A stretch of 24,761 nucleotides of DNA from Candidatus Heimdallarchaeota archaeon (GTDB lineage: Archaea > Asgardarchaeota > Heimdallarchaeia > JABLTI01), in the NCBI GenBank assembly GCA_019058275.1, contig JAHLVW010000056.1, forward strand, positions 1 to 24,761, read 5' to 3'. The position numbers were made by a program, and so were the translations under genes. The notes under the pieces were generated by a model. That model had not been told where the DNA came from and ran no database searches. It saw only the letters and a program-made list of their open reading frames with translations. Positions 8,856 to 18,497 of the stretch are shown piece by piece; within the stretch, counting starts at the first letter, position 1, and each line of letters starts with the position of its first letter.

Positions 8856-10214
8856 CTAATGAGAAAATTTCTCTATTAATTTCTTCACATCTAATAGAAA
8901 TTCCAATAAACTAAACTCAATTTTTTTCCTTATTGTTTTAAATTCTTCTTTTGTTAATGATTTTAGCGTTATATTATCCAGAATTACTTTTTCATCAATT
9001 ACTTCCCAACTAGTACTTCTGGTTTCAATTGACTTACTAAAAACATTATTTACGTTTTCAATTAATTCTGTTCTTAAATTAGTATAATCTTTATTTTTCT
9101 CTTTATTGCCAATATACCATCTAATTGTAATTTTATTTTGTTTATTGGCATTACACCACATTGAAAAATAAATTAAATTATTACTACTTTTATGACCTCT
9201 CCCTTTAATGAAATCATCTAATTCTTTTGAGTGAAATTTTATTTTCTCATAATTTGTGGAAGTAGATAAATTAAATTTATTCTGGAATTTCTTACTATTA
9301 ATAATTGATTGAAGGACAGTCCTTAATTTAGAGGTAATTTTTCTTGTGAAGTAAGTTGATTCTATTTTTTCTATGCCTAAGTAATTTTTATCACTATTAA
9401 GTAATTTAAAGTTAAATATTCTGTCAAGAACCTTTTGATGTTTTCTGTAAAAATTTATATACTCATTTGTTTTATTTTCATCGAACTTTAATATTGTTCT
9501 ATTTTTATTTCTAAAATTTACATCTGTAACAGAAGTAAAAATATCCTCTATTGTTTCCTCATGTTTTAAATTCTCAATCAAAATTGCGGGCTCTAGTTGT
9601 GCTAAAAGAACAAGATAATCTTCTAAAAGAGAAGCAACATTATTTTGAATATTTTTATGAGTTATTAAACTGTTAATTATTTTTTCTATTAACGAATAAT
9701 CAATACTAATCCATTCTTTGTTTTTAGTTTTTTCTTTAATAAAACTTAGAAAAACAAGCAATAATTTATCATTATCATTAAATCTCTTTTTTATGAGTTT
9801 TTCATAATCATTCAATTGCTTTTCTTTTTTCTTATCAAATAATTTATTTTCAATAAAAATCAAAACATTATTATCAGTAAAGTTTATTCCAATATCAATT
9901 TCTTTTCCTTCTATGTTATATTCTCTAATTATCCTCACTGTTTTGTATGAAAGGTTATTTAAATCAAAAGTGATTGGATTTTTATCTGCGACAGTTTCAA
10001 GAAAAGACTGTAAGAAAAGAGAACCAAAACCATGACTTTCATATGGATTAAATAGCCAGGCTAAAAAGTCTGAATGAAATATTTCAGATTTTATTTGATC
10101 TCCCCAAAGCACATTGAAAGTATTATAAATGGTAAATTCCTTTTCAAGTTCCTTAATAATACTATCATTTTCTAATGATACTAATTTTTCATTTCTTTTC
10201 ATAATATCTTGCAT
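8856..10214 (-). CDS. PD-(D/E)XK nuclease family protein (PDDEXK_4-like)
   Basis: E.FHSDFLAWLFNP.ESHG.G..FL, REY, IDI, IENK and QL..Y motifs. Confidence 0.85.
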   Translation of the reverse strand: MQDIMKRNEKLVSLENDSIIKELEKEFTIYNTFNVLWGDQIKSEIFHSDFLAWLFNPYESHGFGSLFLQSFLETVADKNPITFDLNNLSYKTVRIIREYNIEGKEIDIGINFTDNNVLIFIENKLFDKKKEKQLNDYEKLIKKRFNDNDKLLLVFLSFIKEKTKNKEWISIDYSLIEKIINSLITHKNIQNNVASLLEDYLVLLAQLEPAILIENLKHEETIEDIFTSVTDVNFRNKNRTILKFDENKTNEYINFYRKHQKVLDRIFNFKLLNSDKNYLGIEKIESTYFTRKITSKLRTVLQSIINSKKFQNKFNLSTSTNYEKIKFHSKELDDFIKGRGHKSSNNLIYFSMWCNANKQNKITIRWYIGNKEKNKDYTNLRTELIENVNNVFSKSIETRSTSWEVIDEKVILDNITLKSLTKEEFKTIRKKIEFSLLEFLLDVKKLIEKFSH

Positions 10215-10269
10215 TTTCTACACATCCTAGATTTTATTATTATTTTAATATATTATTATTTAAAAGATA

Positions 10270-10740
10270 TTAAGAGAAGTCCTCCCAAAATTCCGAATCA
10301 TCTACTAAGATATTTTCATCTTCTGGTAGAGCTTCGAGGATTTCTTCTAAAATCCTATGGATATTTTCCATCGGCTTTTCTATATGTTTGAAGCGAACAA
10401 GAAATAGTTTCATTGCTTCTGGTGTAACTGATAATTTACTTTCATAGACAAAGGACAGAAGATCGACGAAATCAAACCAATTTTCTTGGAATTTTTCTCG
10501 CAAAGAGTGTAATTTTTTACTATTCTCTTCAGATATGATTTCATGTGAGATGACTGCATCAAATCCTGTTGCGAGTTTTATACGAGACGTTCGATTCAAT
10601 AGTCCATTATAGAACGTTTCTCCATCGAACAAGTCAGTGAAATCCTGACCATATCGTAATATTTTGGTTATTTCTTTTATCTCTTCTGAGACTTCGTAAA
10701 GGTATTTTCTGAGGATATAAACTATTTTTTCTGTCAACAT
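10270..10740 (-). CDS. Hypothetical protein with acidic C-terminus
   Basis: 156-aa ORF with AGGAGA RBS upstream; no motif recognised. Confidence 0.7.
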   Translation of the reverse strand: MLTEKIVYILRKYLYEVSEEIKEITKILRYGQDFTDLFDGETFYNGLLNRTSRIKLATGFDAVISHEIISEENSKKLHSLREKFQENWFDFVDLLSFVYESKLSVTPEAMKLFLVRFKHIEKPMENIHRILEEILEALPEDENILVDDSEFWEDFS

Positions 10741-11125
10741 TTATTTTAAATCTCCTATTGGATATTACTCAAACTAATTTGGCTAGAAAAGATCAAAGAG
10801 TAAAGAAATCAATTAGTAAAGAACTAGCTTTTTAGTTATAATAAAATGAGTAATTGTTAATTTTAGACTTAATATAAAAGTATATTTGTTGACTTTTCAG
10901 CACGAATTTTCTGCTTTAACAGTATAATAAACTTATTCTGGTAAATTTACCTGGTAACTAATTTTGATTTTATTTGATGTAAATAGATCCTCGATCTCTC
11001 GAAAATCTCCTTTGAAAAATTATCTAATTTTTCTAAGCATTTGTAAATCATCTCAAAAAATCAAAATATGTGAAAATACACTAATTCATATGTTTGAAAT
11101 AGTAGAATTTTGTAGGTGAACAGCT

Positions 11126-11176
11126 GTGGTAATAGAATACAATGGCTATTTATTATATGGCAATGATGGAGATACA
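11126..11176 (+). pseudogene. 5' stub of a third PLD paralogue (C)
   Basis: AGGTGA RBS then GTG: MVIEYNGYLLYGNDGDT, aligning with MISEFAGYLLSGNEGDS (A) and MISEIEGNLILGNDGDS (B). Confidence 0.75.
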
Positions 11177-11229
11177 ATAACTATTAAGTGTAGGTTTTCC
11201 TTTTTCCATTTTTTTCACCAGATTTTAAT

Positions 11230-14200
11230 TTAACTATTATTAGTTGGGTCAATAAGGCTATTACATTTGATCAATAATTTTTCTAGTCTCTCTTTTTTCC
11301 ATTTACTATCTTCTTTTTTATAAGTAGCTGATTCTTTTAATAGATTTGATTTAATTATTTCTAATTCACTTTTCATAGATTTTTTGTAGCAATATTTTTC
11401 AATAGCTACTAGTAATTGTTCAATATGATATTCTGAAATATCATACATTACAAGTTTCTTGATATAATCACAAATTAATGAACTTTCTAATCTTGAAACT
11501 AAATCAATTAATTCAAAATTATTGAATTCTATTTTATTATAAATTGATTTTTCTAATAATTCAATATCCTTGTTTATTAACAAAGTAATAACTTCTTTGA
11601 AGAAGTCCTTTTCTTTCTTTGAATTTATTCTAAAATCCTTCTTCCTATCTATGATTTTTTCATCATCAACAAAATATAATCGGTACTTCAATGCATTTGT
11701 TATATTCTTTATTTCGATTTTTTTAGTTATATTATTAATTGCTTTGAAGATCAATTCATGTAAATTCTTATTTGGTTTTTCATTTAAATAAAATATTAAA
11801 TTATTATCATAGTAATTTGTTCCTTCATAAGAAAACAAATTAGTTATGTATTCGAATAATAGTTCCTCTAGACTTGCAAATTTGTCTATATACGGAAATA
11901 AGTACTTGATCCAATACTTATGAGAAGAGCAATATTTCTCGTTAGCTGAGTCTATCATTTTACTTAATATATTTCTTATAATATTTACAGATTGATTCTT
12001 ATCCCAGAATTCTTTAATTTTTAATTTTATTTCTTCTTCAATTCCCTGATAATAATCTCGATCATAATAATAACTAAGTTGACCAAAAAGCTTAGATAAT
12101 CGATTGAAATCGACTTCTTTATTTGATAATATTGAATCTAAGAAGTTAATTTTATCTGATTTCTCAAATAACCATTTCTTAATTTGGGATTCTAATTTAT
12201 AGGTATATAAATGACTTTTTTCATCATCAAATAATTCAATTAACCAACTTTGAAATAAAGATGTGTTTTCAATTGAATCAGCAATTAACAAGTAAGATTT
12301 CAAGAAATCTTCAAAATAATCTTCGTTTATTCGCGTAATGAAAGCAACTAAAATTTTATCGTGATTTTCTTCCAGTTCATTTATGGATTTAAGAATTTCT
12401 TCTTCATCTAAATCATTCGGAATTATATTTCGGAAAAATGCATCAATTTCATCTGATAGACCAATAAATTTAAGGAAATCTGTCCATACAATAGGAAATT
12501 CTTTACTATGAAGATACATCAGTATTCTTGGATTGAAATTTAATTCTTTTTGCGATTCTAAAGATAGTTTGACAAGAGAATAAATCTGCTCTAAATCTTT
12601 TGCTGTAAAATTGTAACTTGATAACTCTAGATTTGAAAGATGAGCTAATCCATCAAAACTTGAACCTAATAAAATAGGTAACCAAAAATCTTCAAATCCT
12701 TTTAGGCAATTTAACTGATTCTTTAGATTATCTCCTTTGGAATACATAACATTGGATACTAGCTTAAAAGTCAATTTTCTGAATGTTTCATCACTTATAC
12801 TCTCTCTAATTTCCTCGAATAATAAAATCCCTAATTCTGAATACTTGTCTGATTTTAAAGCCATAGAATACAATATTTGAACTATATTCTCCCAAATTAC
12901 TTCTTTCTTTAGCAATGAGTTAATTGCATTAATAGCAAATTCTGGGATAATAGCAGGACCAGGTATATGTGCACCTCCATCTGCGTCCATTCCATCAAGT
13001 AAATTATTCCAAATAGTCAATGCATAATAAGCTAAGTATTTTGTTTTAGCAACTTCAATCAATCTTCCAGAAATGAATTGTAAATAAGAATCATCTGTTA
13101 TATCAGATCTATGTCTTAATAGACCTTGAAAAGAACTGATAGTATCATATTTGTTAGCTGATATTGTCCAGCTTTTTATTCCATCATCAATTTCACTTTC
13201 TAAAAGATTCAAGAGATAGACCTGATAAGGATTACCCTTAACATCGTGTGATAAATCAAAGGTATAAGTTAAGTTCATCAAATAATCAATTTCTTCATCG
13301 ATGTTCTCATCATTATCTGATTCTCTCTTATCTCTTTCTTCTAGTTCAGATTCAATAACACATGCAGGACATTTCTTATTTTTTGGAACAATATTTAGAT
13401 CATCGAATAATTCTTGCATGTTACTTTCTAATAGTCTATTAAATTCTGGAAATATCTCCTTAAATTGCTTCATATAAGCATAAGGTTCAATACTAATAGA
13501 GTAGCTATCAAAATCCCAATCATTAATTATTGTATCATAAGCTTGATTCATAGAAAATTCAGGTATTTGTTCAATTATTTGCATTAATCCATTTGATAAT
13601 CTTTCATTTCTTATTGGTTCATTTTCTTTTGAAATTTCATTAATTATTCCCTTTACTAAATCTCTATACCATTCTGGAACACCCAGTCTTGTTCTTCCCA
13701 TTATTGCAAGATGTCCAACAACATCAGATTCAAATAAAGTGGCTGTAGGTTTTAAATTAATTGGACTTTCAACGAGATATTTAACAATAATCTCATTTGT
13801 ACTTGTACCAAATTTAGCTAGGTTTTCATTATTCAACCATGGTTTCTTATCATTCAAAAGATTTTGAAACATTTTCATGATATCTGAATTAATGAGTGAA
13901 GTAATCCTTCCTTGCTTATACATTGAGTAAATATATAGAGTTACAAAATAATCTCTTAATTGTGGTAAGTTAAAATAAACAATTGATTTGCTAATATCTG
14001 GCAGAGTAAATGGATCTATAAATAGTGCATTGAATGGATTTTCTTTGTATAATTTCTCAACATATTCAGAATCAATTTCCCCAGAATACGACAAGTAAGA
14101 TAATTCCCCACAAATACTTAAAATTGAAGCATCATTATGCAAATCAATTTTGCTATATTGTCTTTCAATTGGTCCAACAATCAAATCATAAATAGAATAT

Positions 14201-15834
14201 TTAGAACCTGTTCTTTCATCAATTTCGGATTTTAATAAGGAAGTAATGTCATTAATTGACTTAATATTGGAAATCACAGATGGTTTGTGTTTGAATGCAT
14301 CCCATAAAACTTGACCATATATTTGAAATATAAACTCTTGATTTTTATCCAAATCTAATTTTATTGGAAATAAACTTCTAATTGATAATTGCATTGGTGT
14401 TAAGTCTTTATAATTTATTCCGGATGAGGTAAAACCTAATTTCTTTGCCTTATTTTCAAGATATCCTCGAGTTTCTTGCTTATTTGGTAATAATAACCAA
14501 TAGTAGTGTAATCCTTGAGTGCCCAAAATTTTCTGAAGCCTAGTTAAAACAATCGGTCTTGTTGTTAATAGAAAAGAAATATTCTCTCTAAAAAGAAAAC
14601 TAATCCAATTATCAACTAGATTTTTGCTTGTAGTTATTTCATCATATCCGTCTAGACAGAATACAAAATAATTTTCTTTTAGTAATTTCTCGAATAAGAC
14701 TAAATAAACATCTTTTCTTTTAATTAAATCTTCATCTTTAGTTAGATTTTCAAAATAAGAATAAACAACTAATTTACAAATTTCTAATAGAAGTTTATCA
14801 CTCAGATCTTTTTCGCTAGGAATAGGCAATTCATAATTCTTATAATTAAACAATACTTGTTCATTGTTCTTGTATTGTTGGATTTCTCTTAAGGCGATAT
14901 AAAGAGGAATTCTATATTGAGTTTCATTTTGGATAATTTTCTCATAGAATTGATGAAGAAGAATAGATTTTCCAGTTCCTGCAAAACCAGTAATAATTGA
15001 ATAGTTTGATAATTTAAGAATATCATTAATTGATTTGATAGCAGCAGGTTTTGTGCTTACTTTTCCATCTTCAAAGATTCTAGATTTAAGATTTAGAATC
15101 CAATCTCCATTTTCTTTAATTTCACCCTTTTCAATCATTTCATTCTTTATCTTTTGATGATAATCTTTGGTACAGCTCATTAGTTTTGGCAACCAAGCTT
15201 CTTCTAATTTATCAATAAAAAGAAAAGATAATTCTGGATCATCTTCTGGACAATCACCTAATTTAAAATGATCCTTGATTGCCATCATATCCTTTTCATC
15301 TAACTTATAACCAGCATCAACAAAACTTAATTTGCGGATTAAATCGTCACCAGTAATCACATCAAACCATATGTGATATTCTGCAGGAATTTGATTTGGA
15401 TTAAATGTACTTCCTTTTTTAAAAAATCCCCAACATTGGAGTTTTTTCATATCATCTTTTTCAATACTTGGAAAAATCCTTTTACGTAGTTGTTCGAGTT
15501 TATTTCGAAGTGTTCCTCCTTCTTTCCTAATTTGTGCAAAAAGATTTACTGGTAATTCAACAATACTTGATTCTGTTTTAACAGACCAATTTACATTTCG
15601 ATTTGTATTTCCAATAACTTCTCCTTTAATTGATTTTAATTCAAGGATGCTGATGCCTGTTTCTTGTAAAATAAGTAAATCAATCTGACATCTTGAGGTT
15701 AGATCAAAATTATAAAGTAGATATATTGGTTTCGATTTATCATAATACTGATTGATAATTTTACATATCTCTTTTAATTGTCGCCATTCATGTTCATCCT
15801 TTCTTGGTTTTCCACAAAATATCTGTATTCCCAT
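11230..15834 (-). CDS. NERD nuclease-NACHT/STAND NTPase fusion with long helical C-terminus
   Basis: N-terminal NERD motifs (HE...QIDLLIL...ILELK); Walker A GFAGTGKS; NACHT-type Walker B FCLDGYDEI; sensor LLTTRP. Confidence 0.85.
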   Translation of the reverse strand: MGIQIFCGKPRKDEHEWRQLKEICKIINQYYDKSKPIYLLYNFDLTSRCQIDLLILQETGISILELKSIKGEVIGNTNRNVNWSVKTESSIVELPVNLFAQIRKEGGTLRNKLEQLRKRIFPSIEKDDMKKLQCWGFFKKGSTFNPNQIPAEYHIWFDVITGDDLIRKLSFVDAGYKLDEKDMMAIKDHFKLGDCPEDDPELSFLFIDKLEEAWLPKLMSCTKDYHQKIKNEMIEKGEIKENGDWILNLKSRIFEDGKVSTKPAAIKSINDILKLSNYSIITGFAGTGKSILLHQFYEKIIQNETQYRIPLYIALREIQQYKNNEQVLFNYKNYELPIPSEKDLSDKLLLEICKLVVYSYFENLTKDEDLIKRKDVYLVLFEKLLKENYFVFCLDGYDEITTSKNLVDNWISFLFRENISFLLTTRPIVLTRLQKILGTQGLHYYWLLLPNKQETRGYLENKAKKLGFTSSGINYKDLTPMQLSIRSLFPIKLDLDKNQEFIFQIYGQVLWDAFKHKPSVISNIKSINDITSLLKSEIDERTGSKYSIYDLIVGPIERQYSKIDLHNDASILSICGELSYLSYSGEIDSEYVEKLYKENPFNALFIDPFTLPDISKSIVYFNLPQLRDYFVTLYIYSMYKQGRITSLINSDIMKMFQNLLNDKKPWLNNENLAKFGTSTNEIIVKYLVESPINLKPTATLFESDVVGHLAIMGRTRLGVPEWYRDLVKGIINEISKENEPIRNERLSNGLMQIIEQIPEFSMNQAYDTIINDWDFDSYSISIEPYAYMKQFKEIFPEFNRLLESNMQELFDDLNIVPKNKKCPACVIESELEERDKRESDNDENIDEEIDYLMNLTYTFDLSHDVKGNPYQVYLLNLLESEIDDGIKSWTISANKYDTISSFQGLLRHRSDITDDSYLQFISGRLIEVAKTKYLAYYALTIWNNLLDGMDADGGAHIPGPAIIPEFAINAINSLLKKEVIWENIVQILYSMALKSDKYSELGILLFEEIRESISDETFRKLTFKLVSNVMYSKGDNLKNQLNCLKGFEDFWLPILLGSSFDGLAHLSNLELSSYNFTAKDLEQIYSLVKLSLESQKELNFNPRILMYLHSKEFPIVWTDFLKFIGLSDEIDAFFRNIIPNDLDEEEILKSINELEENHDKILVAFITRINEDYFEDFLKSYLLIADSIENTSLFQSWLIELFDDEKSHLYTYKLESQIKKWLFEKSDKINFLDSILSNKEVDFNRLSKLFGQLSYYYDRDYYQGIEEEIKLKIKEFWDKNQSVNIIRNILSKMIDSANEKYCSSHKYWIKYLFPYIDKFASLEELLFEYITNLFSYEGTNYYDNNLIFYLNEKPNKNLHELIFKAINNITKKIEIKNITNALKYRLYFVDDEKIIDRKKDFRINSKKEKDFFKEVITLLINKDIELLEKSIYNKIEFNNFELIDLVSRLESSLICDYIKKLVMYDISEYHIEQLLVAIEKYCYKKSMKSELEIIKSNLLKESATYKKEDSKWKKERLEKLLIKCNSLIDPTNNS

Positions 15835-15889
15835 TTTAAACCATCTTTTCTTCTCTTCATATCAATCTAATCAATTGTTAATTGGCAAA

Positions 15890-16669
15890 TTAAGTGGTTA
15901 AATCATGATTTGTTTGCACAAGAACATTGATAATAAATTCAAGATTCTCCTTATACTCATCTATTTTACTTTTTGATAAATTCATCATTATTGTATGAGC
16001 TGATTTATTTCCTGCTTCTCTAAATTTGTGGATTTTTTTAATTAAATCAATATTTAAATCTGGAAAAACTTCAAAATCCTTTTCTTTTATTTTGATCTCA
16101 ATTTTTTTTAAAATTGAATTAAAATTGTAAAAATGCTTATTTTCTGTATTGAAATATAATTCTACATTTTCCTTTTTATCATATCCATATCTTTTTCTCA
16201 TTAAACTAATTATAAGATTTTTAATTAATTTCCTTACTAGTATTAATACAGCAGAATAAATTTGATGAGTGTACGCTAAATTAATATCATCTTGTATTTT
16301 TTTGTAGAAATCACTTGGAAAGGTCTTAATATCAAGGTATTTTATCAATTTCTTTTTTGTTGGAACTTTTTTAGTTATTGTTTTAACTTTCGTTGCAGTT
16401 TGCTCAATTTGTGTTTTTCTTAATTCATAATCTCGAATTTCTTTCAATTTTTCTTCTATAACAGGTAATTCTTGATTAGCAGCAAATTTCCTAATATTGA
16501 TATTAAAATAAAAGTTAGAAATAGCAATGGTAGAGATTCTTTTGTCAGTGAAACCTAACTCCTTCATCTTCTTATCGATATTACGATGAGCTTGACGAGA
16601 TGATAGAGGTTTTTCTTTACTACCCATTTTAATACATAATTGATCCATTAGTTCTTTTTCAATATACAT
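15890..16669 (-). CDS. Protein with C-terminal HEPN/DUF4145-like domain (ATG 16669; alternative TTG 16690)
   Basis: DINLAY...YSAVLILVRKL...REAGNKSAH (R..GN..AH, HEPN-type Rx(n)H signature). Confidence 0.65.
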   Translation of the reverse strand: MYIEKELMDQLCIKMGSKEKPLSSRQAHRNIDKKMKELGFTDKRISTIAISNFYFNINIRKFAANQELPVIEEKLKEIRDYELRKTQIEQTATKVKTITKKVPTKKKLIKYLDIKTFPSDFYKKIQDDINLAYTHQIYSAVLILVRKLIKNLIISLMRKRYGYDKKENVELYFNTENKHFYNFNSILKKIEIKIKEKDFEVFPDLNIDLIKKIHKFREAGNKSAHTIMMNLSKSKIDEYKENLEFIINVLVQTNHDLTT

Positions 16670-16693
16670 AACTCTCGCTACACCCGTCAATTT

Positions 16694-16945
16694 TTATAAT
16701 GGAATATTAGTTTTTATTAGCAGATCTATTAATGAATCAACAGATATTAGATATTTCTCCTTACCTTTCTGTATTTCAAAAATAATTTTGTCTTCAACCA
16801 TTGATTTAATATGGTCTGAAATGGTGGATTTACCTTTATTCAATTCTTTTGCAATACTAGCATTATTATTAAATCCATCACATAAATCCCAAACTGAAGA
16901 AACTAATTCCCTGTTAGAAACTAAAGATGAGATAATTATCGAGAA
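16694..16945 (-). pseudogene. 5'-truncated winged-helix (ArsR/MarR-like) DNA-binding gene, absent from the ORF track
   Basis: Manual translation: ...VWDLCDGFNNNASIAKELNKGKSTISDHIKSMVEDKIIFEIQKGKEKYL...*. 83 open codons with no canonical start upstream of the HTH. Confidence 0.7.
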
Positions 16946-16965
16946 TTAACAAATGATTCTCGATA
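16937..16965. repeat. Perfect 10-bp inverted repeat TATCGAGAAT-N9-ATTCTCGATA
   Basis: Read directly; overlaps the truncation point of the wHTH gene. Confidence 0.8.
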
Positions 16966-16993
16966 CTTAGTTTCTTTAATTTTGTAATGTAAA

Positions 16994-17104
16994 AGTACAA
17001 GAGAAAACATTAGTCAAATTGAGAAACTTCTCTGGCAAATTTGGTCTGGAGACCAATGTCAAGGGTGCTATCAAAAACAGAAAGGATATTGTAAAGGAAT
17101 ATAA
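16994..17104 (+). pseudogene. 3' stub of a PLD paralogue, containing tail repeat copy 4 (17066-17104)
   Basis: STRENISQIEKLLWQIWSGDQCQGCYQKQKGYCKGI* aligns with TNKQAIMNVERLLLRIWNGLECDNCYQKNKGYCQGI of paralogue B. Confidence 0.9.
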
Positions 17105-17124
17105 TCAAAAAGTTGAAACGTTAT

Positions 17125-17700
17125 TTACAACTCATTCTTTATTTTCTTAAGCATTTTATTTGTACCAAATGTCATAGATAGTTCTTCAAGTAGAGACCAA
17201 TCTAATGTTTCAGAAGATCGTAAGAGAATACCTCTAACATCTTCCAAATCCTTCTCTGATTGAAATCCCGGTAGAAGTTTAACCACAATTAAGGATTCAG
17301 GAGATGAAATCCAAAAATCTATGCCTGATCCAAATAAGTCAACTTTTTTCCGAAGATTAAACGTCGAATAATCTAATTTTGTTCTAATTTGCTTTAAATC
17401 TAAACGCAGTAAAGGACTTTTCAAATCAAAAACAGTTATATGAGAATGTTCTTCTAAGCCTTGTACTAACTCATCTTTCGTTATTGATAAATGATTTTTT
17501 TGAAGACATTCAACAAAAGTAGCAATTTTCTTCTCTTCTGAACTTTCAAGCATCAACATAAAATCTAAGTCTTCAGTCGAGCGAATTGCACCATACACAC
17601 CAATTGTAGCACCACCAACCAAAACATAATCAATTGAACTTTCAACCAAACACGTCGCTGCTATTTCTGCTAGTTCTTGAAAACGTCTATAATCAGTCAT
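17125..17700 (-). CDS. Nucleotidyltransferase (DUF6036/AbiEii-like)
   Basis: VLVGG......G..RSTEDLD, SPESLIVVKL and KDLEDV motifs. Confidence 0.85.
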   Translation of the reverse strand: MTDYRRFQELAEIAATCLVESSIDYVLVGGATIGVYGAIRSTEDLDFMLMLESSEEKKIATFVECLQKNHLSITKDELVQGLEEHSHITVFDLKSPLLRLDLKQIRTKLDYSTFNLRKKVDLFGSGIDFWISSPESLIVVKLLPGFQSEKDLEDVRGILLRSSETLDWSLLEELSMTFGTNKMLKKIKNEL

Positions 17701-17914
17701 GATATTCTCTCCTTCGTTTCTTATAATGAGTTTCTTTATGCCCTATTTGCATTATCTCTTCAAAAGTTGCATTAGGATATTTTCTCCGAAGTGATTCATA
17801 ATAAGTTTGTACTAAATCGTCAATCAAGCTAGCTTGAAGTTTCATAGATTCACTTACGGACAATCCTTTCAATTTTGATATGCGTTTTTTTAAGGAGATA
17901 CTCACCAATTGCAC
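17693..17914 (-). CDS. Small partner protein translationally coupled to the nucleotidyltransferase (putative antitoxin)
   Basis: 73-aa ORF overlapping the NTase start by 8 nt; TATA-like TTTATATAA upstream. Confidence 0.65.
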   Translation of the reverse strand: MQLVSISLKKRISKLKGLSVSESMKLQASLIDDLVQTYYESLRRKYPNATFEEIMQIGHKETHYKKRRREYHD

Positions 17915-17997
17915 TACCTAGTTATCTATTACTAATTTATGATTTAGTTATATAAAACAATAACTACTTACAATTTCTGTTACATTCCTTTGTCATA

Positions 17998-18039
17998 TGT
18001 AATCAAAGATAGAAAGGATATTGCAAAGGATTAGAATAA
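17998..18039 (+). repeat. PLD 3'-tail repeat, copy 5 (isolated, decayed)
   Basis: tgtaatcaaagatagaaaggatattgcaaaggattagaataa = CNQR*KGYCKGLE*. Confidence 0.85.
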
Positions 18040-18064
18040 TAGGTTTTTATGAAGAATAAGTTTT

Positions 18065-18451
18065 TTATTCATATGGAAGCTTTGTTTGCAAGATATTTGC
18101 AAAGATTCCCAAAGCAGTATCTCTTGAGACAGACTTCATTTTTTTGGTAATCTCTTTGTAAAGATTCTTCAATTTCTCGGTAGTTAGAAGAAAGTTATCT
18201 TTATTTTCGATATAACCCAATTTCAATAAACGATCAATTCCGTCTAGAAGTTCATCATCATTGAAAATCGCATGATTTATGAAATCACCTGCAAAAATAA
18301 TGTGGTAGAGATTCTTGTATTTGGTCAATTGTTCAGAGAAAATCATTTTTTTGTAAGTCCTAGGAATATCTTTATTTTCAATACTTTGAGCCAGATGAAT
18401 GGATGCTAGTACCCAAACGCCAGTCCAATCATAATTCTTTCTTTCAGACAT
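18065..18451 (-). CDS. Hypothetical protein, possibly winged-helix fold
   Basis: 128-aa ORF; W(V/I)L.SI...I..GD.INHAI...E....I.RL...GYI pattern seen in uncharacterised proteins. Confidence 0.7.
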   Translation of the reverse strand: MSERKNYDWTGVWVLASIHLAQSIENKDIPRTYKKMIFSEQLTKYKNLYHIIFAGDFINHAIFNDDELLDGIDRLLKLGYIENKDNFLLTTEKLKNLYKEITKKMKSVSRDTALGIFANILQTKLPYE

Positions 18452-18497
18452 ATTGATTCATTTTTCTTCTGTTGCTTAATATTTTTTCTGATATTGC

